From the IMG/VR virus record IMGVR_UViG_3300048672_000512, positions 96,001 through 160,000 of that record: a stretch of DNA of 64,000 nucleotides; one strand, 5' to 3'. Positions within the stretch are counted from its first letter, which is position 1. Every line of letters starts with the position of its first letter. The notes beneath the pieces are model-generated. The model was given only the letters and a program-made list of their open reading frames with translations. It had not been told where the DNA came from and did no database searches. Shown here in pieces: positions 36,869-44,672 of the stretch. The position numbers were made by a program, and so were the translations under genes. Origin of the DNA: a virus.

Positions 36869-38806
36869 TTAAGCAGACGCAATGGTCTGTTCATCAACGG
36901 TAAGACCTTGCTTGGAAATGAACAGCGTAAGCTGAACTTCACGAACGGCAAGGATCGGAGTGATAACAATAGACACTGCAAGAATGCCACTGTTCACAAG
37001 AGCAGCAGTGTTGTTGGTGTCGTCAATAACAACTCGATACGAGCTGATACCGCGACCTGCCTGAACACTTGTCAGATACTCTTCAAGAGCAAACTGCACC
37101 TGCTTGCGCAGAATGTCATCGTTCGGTTCTTGCAGTTGATAGATCAGGTAGTTGTAGCAACTACGCTTGATGATGTTGCAGAGAACACGAATGTTGATGA
37201 ACTGCAACGCGCTGTTGGCACTGTACAGTGTGTTCTGTTCCCAAAACACAATACCGCGTCCAACGAACTTGCGAATGTAGCTGATGTTTGAAGTAGTGAC
37301 CAGCGTAGCTTCGCTATCCGTGTACGTGTTGCGAACGTCAACAACGTTGCCAAGAATCTGACCGCGATTCAAACCAGCAGTAGAGAACCACGGTTGGAAC
37401 GCCCGGAAGGTGCGAGCAAGCAGACCTGCAATAACACCAGACGGCGGAACGTACAGAAGCTTGCCATTGATCGGATCGGTTTCACGAACGTCCTGAGCAA
37501 TCAGAGCTGCATACGAAGAGTTGACATTCAACGTCAGATTCTTGAAGTCAACGACGCTCTGTGCTGTTTGATTACTCGACGGTGCGTCAAGGTAGGCAAT
37601 ACAGTCAGAGCGATTTTCCGCAAGCGTTGTCATGTGCTGTTGCACAGACGCAACCGTGCGGCCAGCGTTGATCAGAACATCAATCGCATACAGTTCACGA
37701 TTGCTGAACTTGTCCCATGCAGCATTCACGTCTGCCGACGTGGGCGCAGCACCAGAAGTACCACCTGCAAGCGCCACGTAAGTAGCCGTAGTGGAAAGAA
37801 CCGGAGTAGTCAGCAGCGAGGTGACGTTCGATTCAACGCGAATGTACTTAGAGTACGGATTGACGCGTTGCGTGATTTCCATCTGCGAGCCAGTCTCGTC
37901 AACCTGCTCAGTGACAGAACAAGTAAACGTTTCAACCGGCGTGACGCTAGAAAACGTCAGGTCAAAGACTTGCAACTTGAAAACAGGGCTTGGAGTGTTC
38001 GTGCCTGCAACAAGGATAGGCTGCGCACCTGCATCCGGAACAATGGAGCCGGTATCAATGTACGAAACAGCGGAGCCACCAACCTGAGCAATCAGACCGA
38101 GGCTTCCAGAAACACGACCGTAGATACGATAGCCAATTGCGTTCTCTACTTTGTTCCACGAGAGGTTGACAGAGTTTGTCGTAGTGACAGAACCAATGAC
38201 AACCGTGAAAGTAGCAGAGGCAACCGTCTCTGTGCCATCCTTTGCAATAGATGCAATCTGGTACGTGTAAGTAGCCGGACTGAGCGAGCCACCCGTCGTT
38301 GACGAACCTGCTGCAGTGTTCGACGGAGCAGCAATGTTGTCAGAAATGATGCGAACAGCAAGGTTGTTTCCGTAGGAACCAGGACCACGATTACTCGTGA
38401 TCTGATAAACGGCTGTCTCTCCGCCACTGACGTTAACACCAAAGTCAGGAGACGTAGGAACAGCAACACCCGAAGAGATACCTTGAATTACAGTGGCACC
38501 GGAACCATCGATCTTTACCGATGCGCCGGAGCGCTTGTGACCAGTGCCAGGAGCACGCACGGCCCACAGGCTGTTGCCCTCAAGAAGAAAGTCAAGAGCG
38601 CAGTAGTGATCAAAAGAAACCGAAGCCTTCGGATCGCCGTAGTGAAAACGGAAGTTGTCAGCAGAGCTGAAGAAGCGAGGAGTGTCATCGCCTTGCGAGC
38701 CAACGACCACAATAGCTGCCGTGCAGCCGCTCACTCCAGTAAGCGAGCTAGACAGGTCAACTTCAGAAATGCGTACGTCAGAAGCACGCTTGGAAAGATT
38801 AGCCAT
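36869..38806 (-). CDS. Tail sheath protein with FN3-like insertion
   Basis: VRISEVDLS, RSDCIAYLDAP, YVPPSGVIAG, FQPWFSTAGLNRG, LQFINIRVL, LQEPND. Confidence 0.93.
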   Translation of the reverse strand: MANLSKRASDVRISEVDLSSSLTGVSGCTAAIVVVGSQGDDTPRFFSSADNFRFHYGDPKASVSFDHYCALDFLLEGNSLWAVRAPGTGHKRSGASVKIDGSGATVIQGISSGVAVPTSPDFGVNVSGGETAVYQITSNRGPGSYGNNLAVRIISDNIAAPSNTAAGSSTTGGSLSPATYTYQIASIAKDGTETVASATFTVVIGSVTTTNSVNLSWNKVENAIGYRIYGRVSGSLGLIAQVGGSAVSYIDTGSIVPDAGAQPILVAGTNTPSPVFKLQVFDLTFSSVTPVETFTCSVTEQVDETGSQMEITQRVNPYSKYIRVESNVTSLLTTPVLSTTATYVALAGGTSGAAPTSADVNAAWDKFSNRELYAIDVLINAGRTVASVQQHMTTLAENRSDCIAYLDAPSSNQTAQSVVDFKNLTLNVNSSYAALIAQDVRETDPINGKLLYVPPSGVIAGLLARTFRAFQPWFSTAGLNRGQILGNVVDVRNTYTDSEATLVTTSNISYIRKFVGRGIVFWEQNTLYSANSALQFINIRVLCNIIKRSCYNYLIYQLQEPNDDILRKQVQFALEEYLTSVQAGRGISSYRVVIDDTNNTAALVNSGILAVSIVITPILAVREVQLTLFISKQGLTVDEQTIASA

Positions 38807-38823
38807 ACGCAGCTTCTCCTATA

Positions 38824-39012
38824 TCAGTTTTGCAGAGTGTGCGACTTGACGCTAGGATTCTGAGCAGACCACTGTGTGTCCATTTCAAATCCTGCGGGAA
38901 GCTTGGCACGACTTTTCGGTTGAATGAAGACTTCAGTGCGTTGACCCGTTTCCGCATTCACGATAGTAGGCTGCACTTGAACGTCTGAGGTGTTGACAAG
39001 TAGAATTTCCAT
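38824..39012 (-). CDS. Small hypothetical virion-region protein
   Basis: 62-aa ORF between structural genes. Confidence 0.65.
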   Translation of the reverse strand: MEILLVNTSDVQVQPTIVNAETGQRTEVFIQPKSRAKLPAGFEMDTQWSAQNPSVKSHTLQN

Positions 39013-39020
39013 TTTCTGTT

Positions 39021-39389
39021 TCAGGCTTGAATAATGAGAACTTGAACTATCTGAGAAACACTAGGATTGGTTATCACTACCTGTGACACAGATCGATCTA
39101 CAAGATGCATCTTTTGCACAACCAGTTCATAACTGAGAGTTCCATCGTTGAACGTGAAGCTACAGTCAAGGTTGCCAGTTGTGTTTATCAGTGTAACTGC
39201 AGAAGGATTCAAGGACGACGGTGTGGTCCAAGTTTGTGTTTCACCTGGGTTGATAGTGAGGTAGCTATTTACCTGACCAGCAGTTGCCGAGGTATAGTTC
39301 AGGGACAACGTAGCGATGTTACGTCGAATGTTGTTGTCAGCTAAAAAGCAGCCGACATTGAATATCACAGCTTTTGTAGCTGACGGCAT
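39021..39389 (-). CDS. Hypothetical virion protein
   Basis: 122-aa beta-rich ORF with AGGAG RBS. Confidence 0.7.
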   Translation of the reverse strand: MPSATKAVIFNVGCFLADNNIRRNIATLSLNYTSATAGQVNSYLTINPGETQTWTTPSSLNPSAVTLINTTGNLDCSFTFNDGTLSYELVVQKMHLVDRSVSQVVITNPSVSQIVQVLIIQA

Positions 39390-39416
39390 CGTTCTCTCCT
39401 AATTAAAAATGAAGAA

Positions 39417-39989
39417 TCACTTCATCGAATACGTTCCAGCTGCACCGACGCCAAGAGTGATCTGAATTACAACGTCAGTACTTTGCAGCATCCAAGTGTT
39501 TTCAGTAGTAACGGCTTCAACAAGTGTCAGGCTACCAACCGAAGGACCGGAGTAGACGCTTACGGTTCCTGCAGTAGGTTTGACAGTAAGCTGCGTCAGG
39601 CCGGTGTTCGTGGTGTCAATAGTGACACCAGAAGTGATTGCAGTGCGAACAATAGCAATTGCCGGAATTGCACCCTGACTTGACAGAACGCTCTGCTGCG
39701 TAGTAAGGCCACCAGCACCAGCACCCGGATCAACGAGCTGTTCGTTTACAACGATAGCGCCGTAAACTGCGTCGTAAACGGTAATCGTGTAAGTGCGATC
39801 ATCAGCAAGATAAACAGAAAGCGAACCCGTGCTGTCAAGATTGACTTCACCTGTTGCAGAGAAAACAGCAGTGCCTTGCGCATTTGCGTAAACACGCGCA
39901 CGGTTACCAGCCGTATCCTTGATGACGCAGTGACCGAGAGGGTAAGAAGAATAGCTTCGAGCGACAAGGGAAAGAGCCATTTGTATCAC
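39417..39989 (-). CDS. Hypothetical virion protein
   Basis: 190-aa Thr/Gly/Val-rich ORF. Confidence 0.7.
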   Translation of the reverse strand: MIQMALSLVARSYSSYPLGHCVIKDTAGNRARVYANAQGTAVFSATGEVNLDSTGSLSVYLADDRTYTITVYDAVYGAIVVNEQLVDPGAGAGGLTTQQSVLSSQGAIPAIAIVRTAITSGVTIDTTNTGLTQLTVKPTAGTVSVYSGPSVGSLTLVEAVTTENTWMLQSTDVVIQITLGVGAAGTYSMK

Positions 39990-40714
39990 CTTTGAGAAGA
40001 TGGGAAGTTTGGAGAAGCAACCGTACTCACGGGAAATGAGTCGGCACTATTGAAAGACCAGAACACCTGACCTGAGCTTGTAGAACCCAGATCATTAAGA
40101 GTTGAGTCAACTTGTATCGAGTCCGCTACCTGACCTTCAAGTAGCGTAGCCTTTGACAAGAAGCCGTACAGCGTAAGCGTTGTTTCCAGCGTGTATTCCT
40201 GAACGTTGTCCAGATCGGCTTCTCGAAGGGGCAGATCGACGTGGTCTTCCAACAGTGTGCCTATTGAAAATGCCGTCTTGCCGTAGTCAATATCAAACTT
40301 CAGAGCACCATCTTGACCTGAGAACATCCAGGTATTTGCAAACGTCAGAAGGTCTGTGTGTTTGTTGGTAACGTAGGTTACCCCTATGACAATGTCAACA
40401 GGCAGATACACAACTCGAAAGGTTCGCTTCTCGTCTGTTGTCACTATAGACACTCGGCCGCGAGAAGAGGACGCTTTGTTCGAGCCACGGTCTGTTGACT
40501 TCGTATAGCTTTGTAGCGATAGAACAGCATACGGGTATTCAACTGTACCGCTGAATAGCTGTTGAATAGCTCGCACCTTATCGGTAGATGTAGTCCAGGC
40601 AACAGGACATCGAAACATGCGCTGAAAGTTTGTCTCCAGACCGTTGAATATGAAGTACTCAACTGGCTTCAGCTTCAAGTTCAGGCCGCTTGCTTGACCG
40701 TTAGTAGCCGCCAT
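39986..40714 (-). CDS. Neck/tail terminator-like protein
   Basis: YPYAVLSL...LPVDIVIGVTYVT; position between head and sheath genes. Confidence 0.5.
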   Translation of the reverse strand: MAATNGQASGLNLKLKPVEYFIFNGLETNFQRMFRCPVAWTTSTDKVRAIQQLFSGTVEYPYAVLSLQSYTKSTDRGSNKASSSRGRVSIVTTDEKRTFRVVYLPVDIVIGVTYVTNKHTDLLTFANTWMFSGQDGALKFDIDYGKTAFSIGTLLEDHVDLPLREADLDNVQEYTLETTLTLYGFLSKATLLEGQVADSIQVDSTLNDLGSTSSGQVFWSFNSADSFPVSTVASPNFPSSQR

Positions 40715-40715
40715 A

Positions 40716-41447
40716 TCAGTATATCCTTTCTACATAAGCATGGAGTGGCTTCATGTCTTCATGGTACACGATCACTTCATACTCTTGTTCAAAAGGAGCT
40801 ACCATCAAGCTGTGAGTCGCCCATAAGAGATGCTGCCTTTGCATTTCTAGTCTATCTTCAACTTCATGGAAGTCGTGCAATTCCATAGGGCTGGAAACAC
40901 CTATGACTTTCAGCACCTCTTTGAAGTCTTCCCGCATTGCCGCGCCAGTCTTGTAAGTCCAGACAACATCCTTCGGATTCGGCTTTATGCTGAAAAGAAT
41001 GTCGCAGTGCCCTGCGTCACGTGCTGGTATTTTTATCGTTCGCAAGTCTGTGTATGACAAGCATGACTTGTGTGGAGTAACCGCTATGGTATCGCCTACT
41101 TCCAAACCCTCTGGACGCTCTCGTATGTCATGAACACGGTACACAACTTTGGGTGTATATAACTCTTTTCTATACAAAACTCTACCAAAGTAAGCAAGCA
41201 GGTTCATGCCACGTTGATAGCTCTTGTTTGAACCTAGGTGCGCTGCTAGGTCTATCTGAGCGTCTAACACCGTTTCTGCTCCCATGTAGACAGAGCCAAA
41301 CCAGTGTGTTGCTGCAGTAAACGTGTTTACGTAAGTAAGAAGCTCGTTGGGATTATCGGAGGCAAGGAGCTTTGAAAGAAAGGCGCCGAACCGATTAACT
41401 TTTGCAATGGATGCTATTCCAGCATTCCAGTCGATAGGTTGCGTCAT
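40716..41447 (-). CDS. Putative ADP-ribosyltransferase (R-S-E), paralog 1
   Basis: VVYRVH / SCLSYT / EQEYEVIV. Confidence 0.55.
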   Translation of the reverse strand: MTQPIDWNAGIASIAKVNRFGAFLSKLLASDNPNELLTYVNTFTAATHWFGSVYMGAETVLDAQIDLAAHLGSNKSYQRGMNLLAYFGRVLYRKELYTPKVVYRVHDIRERPEGLEVGDTIAVTPHKSCLSYTDLRTIKIPARDAGHCDILFSIKPNPKDVVWTYKTGAAMREDFKEVLKVIGVSSPMELHDFHEVEDRLEMQRQHLLWATHSLMVAPFEQEYEVIVYHEDMKPLHAYVERIY

Positions 41448-42331
41448 GAGCCTTCCTCTTCGTCCTCTTCCCTTTTCATTATGGAAGACAGCTTAGCTTC
41501 AAACGGTTTCATTCCGGTGTGCACTATGACTTCAGCCTCTTCAAAGAGTGGCATATAGCTTAGCTTTGTAAGCAGGTTAGCTACAATGTAGAACAGTGCT
41601 AGATTGGTTTTGAAACCGTATCGAATGCTTTGTAGATCGCAAGTGCGTTCTAAGTTATAGACGCTACTGTAGCTAGCTACCGATGGGTCTTCTAAAGCTC
41701 TAGTGTTGCCCAACTTTGCAGCATACTCGTCATACAGTCTGTTTTCTTTTGTCAGAAAGTTTACGCAGTCAGTGTTCCACAGGATAGCGGCGGCTGCAAA
41801 GCCGGATTCAAGAACAACATCAAAATTGCCTTCTGTCCTACCGGGTACTTCTTTGATGTTGCGCTTGGAAAACGAGAGGCATGACTTGTGTGGCTTCACG
41901 GAAACCATGTCACCTACTCTAGGCTGAAATCTGGACCCTTCAAGAGCAAGATCGTGCAGTCGATATAGCTTAGGTTCGTCCTTGATAACTGGGTGTAGCT
42001 GCAGCTTTTTCAGCGTTGCAAACATGGAAACCGAATCTTTGTAGTTCCACATGCTAGATTCAAGAACCACTGGATCCGCTGAGTAGTCTTCGCTTCCACT
42101 GTACAGCTCGCCAAACCATTCTTTTGCAGCGTACAGGGCTAGCAACCATCTCTTAGGATCACGCCGGCAAGCCTTATAGAATTTGCCTGCAGTTGAAACT
42201 TGCAGCTTTTCAGGAAGATTCTCATGAAAAGCTAGTATCTCTTCTTCTGAAGGTAACATGACTGTAGCGTTTTCAACGGGACAAAGAAAAACGGGGAGCT
42301 GGATTAGCTCCATCTCCCCGTGTGCGTACAT
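41444..42331 (-). CDS. Putative ADP-ribosyltransferase (R-S-E), paralog 2
   Basis: KLYRLH / SCLSFS / EEAEVIV; shares PHKSCLS and MKP with paralog 1. Confidence 0.5.
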   Translation of the reverse strand: MYAHGEMELIQLPVFLCPVENATVMLPSEEEILAFHENLPEKLQVSTAGKFYKACRRDPKRWLLALYAAKEWFGELYSGSEDYSADPVVLESSMWNYKDSVSMFATLKKLQLHPVIKDEPKLYRLHDLALEGSRFQPRVGDMVSVKPHKSCLSFSKRNIKEVPGRTEGNFDVVLESGFAAAAILWNTDCVNFLTKENRLYDEYAAKLGNTRALEDPSVASYSSVYNLERTCDLQSIRYGFKTNLALFYIVANLLTKLSYMPLFEEAEVIVHTGMKPFEAKLSSIMKREEDEEEGS

Positions 42332-42362
42332 AGCTGCGATATACGAAAGTGCATAGCAAGCG

Positions 42363-42812
42363 TTAACGCTTGCGGTTAGCAGCTTGAATGTTAGCCAGTG
42401 CCTTGCTAAGAGTCGAAACTCTAGCCGCTGCTATTTCCTCTTGCTGCTTATTGAGGCTGACGTCTACCGGAGCAGCACCATCCTCATACATGTCTTCCTC
42501 TGCTATACCGCCAACGTCTTCATCGTTAGCATCTGCCTTGATTGGAAGTTTGCTGAATCGAAGTTGGGACGCCTGCAGTTGTTTCATGAAGTCAGCCTTT
42601 GTAGCTTTCTTCCGATTAACTTTAGGTTCCGTGTCTGTCTTTTCAACAGGGGCTTTCAAACGAGCAGCTGACGGCTTCAAGATACCCGGAGACGCAGCTG
42701 TTACGGTTAGCGCCTCGCTGGCAAGCTCAGCAAAAAGCGCGGCTGCTTCTACTGTCTTGTTAGCGTGGTACAGTGCAATCGCTGCCTCTACTTTTCGATA
42801 ATTAACTTTCAT
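42363..42812 (-). CDS. Small head/core protein
   Basis: Directly after the major capsid gene; Ala-rich, with many hydrophobic-X-Ala motifs. Confidence 0.6.
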   Translation of the reverse strand: MKVNYRKVEAAIALYHANKTVEAAALFAELASEALTVTAASPGILKPSAARLKAPVEKTDTEPKVNRKKATKADFMKQLQASQLRFSKLPIKADANDEDVGGIAEEDMYEDGAAPVDVSLNKQQEEIAAARVSTLSKALANIQAANRKR

Positions 42813-42831
42813 CGCCTACCTCGAAAGTAGA

Positions 42832-42852
42832 GGGGCGGGATCATCCCGCCCC
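42832..42852 (-). terminator. Hairpin after major capsid gene
   Basis: GGGGCGGGA-TGA-TCCCGCCCC, then a weak U tract TCTACTTT. Confidence 0.6.
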
Positions 42853-42857
42853 CTGTA

Positions 42858-43928
42858 TTAGACGCGCTTACCAGCAGCAACCGTGCGAGTGTTGCAAACG
42901 CTCATTGCAAGCGATTCGCTAAGCAGCCAGCCGCGACCGATCATCTTTTCAGTGGTGCCGTCAATCGGTTGACTGTCAACACCGCCACGATCAGCATAGG
43001 CGCCGTGGAAAGCCGGATCGCTCAGAACGAAGAATTCGCCAGCGTTCATGACCTTGTGTTCCGGGTGACGATACGATTCCGAAACCAGAGTCATACCGTA
43101 CAGCACGCCGAGTTCACCAGTCATGATAAGTTCATGCTTAGCAACCGGTTCAATGGCTTGAATGAACGAAGCGTCACCGACGATGTCAACAAACAGATCC
43201 GAAGCCATCAGGCAGTACATAGCCTTCATGCCCCACTGAACAACGTTCTGACGAACGGCCATCAGCGTCGAAGGCGACATCGTGCCGCTGATCAGCGACA
43301 GGTTGTTGTCAACACCGATTGCGTTGCGCAACAGGTTGGTGTACATGCGGTCTTCAGTGACCATCACACCTTCCAGAGCTTCAACGTGCTTTTCTTCCAG
43401 CACATCGGTGTTGCTTTGGTTGATTTCGTTCTGCGGAACGAAGATGCGACTCACAACCTGAAATTCCGGCGGAGTGAACCACTTGTCAGTCAGGACTTGA
43501 GTTTCAACCTTCGTCGGGCCAGTAACGGTAATAGCCGAAGCGTTCTTGCGACGAACCGGGAAGCGAGCGATGTCACCTTGACGCAGGTCGATCCGATTAA
43601 GGAAACGACGCATGTAACCCTTACGGTTTGCAGTCATGTAGACTTCATTCGCCATCTTTTCACCGAGAATGCGGTGAGCAGTCGGATCATCAAAAGCAGC
43701 TTGAATCAGAACGCGGTTGCGTGCAGAAATCTCAGCAGCTTCTTCGGCTTGACTTGCGGTGATGACGCCGCCATCGGCAGCAGCGGTCATGAGCTGCATA
43801 GCGTTAGCAAGCAGATCTTTCTTGGACGAAGCATTGACTTCGCCGTTATTACCGATAGCGCGTTCGCTACGGCCACTAAAGCGCAGATCGGTTGCAACAA
43901 CGGGTTGCTTCGAGGACTTGATAGTCAT
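42858..43928 (-). CDS. Major capsid protein
   Basis: 356 aa after scaffold and decoration genes; ERAIGNNGEVNASSKKDLL, RKGYMRRFL, PPEFQVVSR, GELGVLYGMTL; strong high-expression codon bias. Confidence 0.85.
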   Translation of the reverse strand: MTIKSSKQPVVATDLRFSGRSERAIGNNGEVNASSKKDLLANAMQLMTAAADGGVITASQAEEAAEISARNRVLIQAAFDDPTAHRILGEKMANEVYMTANRKGYMRRFLNRIDLRQGDIARFPVRRKNASAITVTGPTKVETQVLTDKWFTPPEFQVVSRIFVPQNEINQSNTDVLEEKHVEALEGVMVTEDRMYTNLLRNAIGVDNNLSLISGTMSPSTLMAVRQNVVQWGMKAMYCLMASDLFVDIVGDASFIQAIEPVAKHELIMTGELGVLYGMTLVSESYRHPEHKVMNAGEFFVLSDPAFHGAYADRGGVDSQPIDGTTEKMIGRGWLLSESLAMSVCNTRTVAAGKRV

Positions 43929-43959
43929 ACTTTTCTCTTTAATGGGTTGTGTTCAAAGA

Positions 43960-44637
43960 TTAGGCGGCAGCGTTAAAGCTGATGCCCAGGTACGGATAGT
44001 CGGCCGACGGAGCTTGCACGATGGTTCCAGGAATTGCGGAACCCGAGCCAGCCTGATTGGTGATTTGACCGTTAGCTGCAAGCTTCAGACCAGTTGCGGT
44101 GAACCAGTTAACCGAAGAATCAAACTGATCAGTGAACACAATGCCGGTTTGCACAACCGAAACCGAACCAAAGATGTTGCCAGTGAAACCACCGGGTTGC
44201 ACGTTACCAGCAATCGACTGTGCGTCCGAGACGCTCAGCGTGGTGCGGTAGTAAACGGTGACAGTGAGGCCAACTGCAGTGGTCAGCGTGACGGCGTTAC
44301 CTGTGGTGCTTGCAATAACAATCGAACTGTTGTCAGCGTTATTGACAGCGACCAGCGTACCAGTGACCGGAGTCTTGGCAAGAGTAACGACGTTACCGGC
44401 CGGCACAACAAAAGTTTCTGCTTTGACCGTCGTGGTCGGCAGGAACGGTGCAGCCGAAGTTTGAACAAAGCTGATACCAGCAAAGACTTCAGTACCCGAA
44501 CCGGTAGCCGGCTTGACGGTACGAACGCCGTTGGTGGTGGTAGCAACCATTGCCTGACCGTCAGCGGTCAGGACAGTACCGGTAGCCAGCAGAATTTCGG
44601 TGGCACGGTTGAAATTGGAAAAAGGACCGTAGATCAT
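43960..44637 (-). CDS. Head decoration/minor capsid protein
   Basis: Immediately upstream of the capsid gene; EVFAGIS, VFTDQFDSSVNW, PSADYPYLGISF. Confidence 0.65.
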   Translation of the reverse strand: MIYGPFSNFNRATEILLATGTVLTADGQAMVATTTNGVRTVKPATGSGTEVFAGISFVQTSAAPFLPTTTVKAETFVVPAGNVVTLAKTPVTGTLVAVNNADNSSIVIASTTGNAVTLTTAVGLTVTVYYRTTLSVSDAQSIAGNVQPGGFTGNIFGSVSVVQTGIVFTDQFDSSVNWFTATGLKLAANGQITNQAGSGSAIPGTIVQAPSADYPYLGISFNAAA

Positions 44638-44672
44638 TTGTTACCTTTGAAGGTGAATTGATTCTGAGAGAA

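Noticed and set aside
27473-38302. Plus-strand ORFs 27473..28324, 33899..34645, 36647..37291, 37394..38302
   Set aside because: Lie opposite well-supported structural genes and have unnatural composition.
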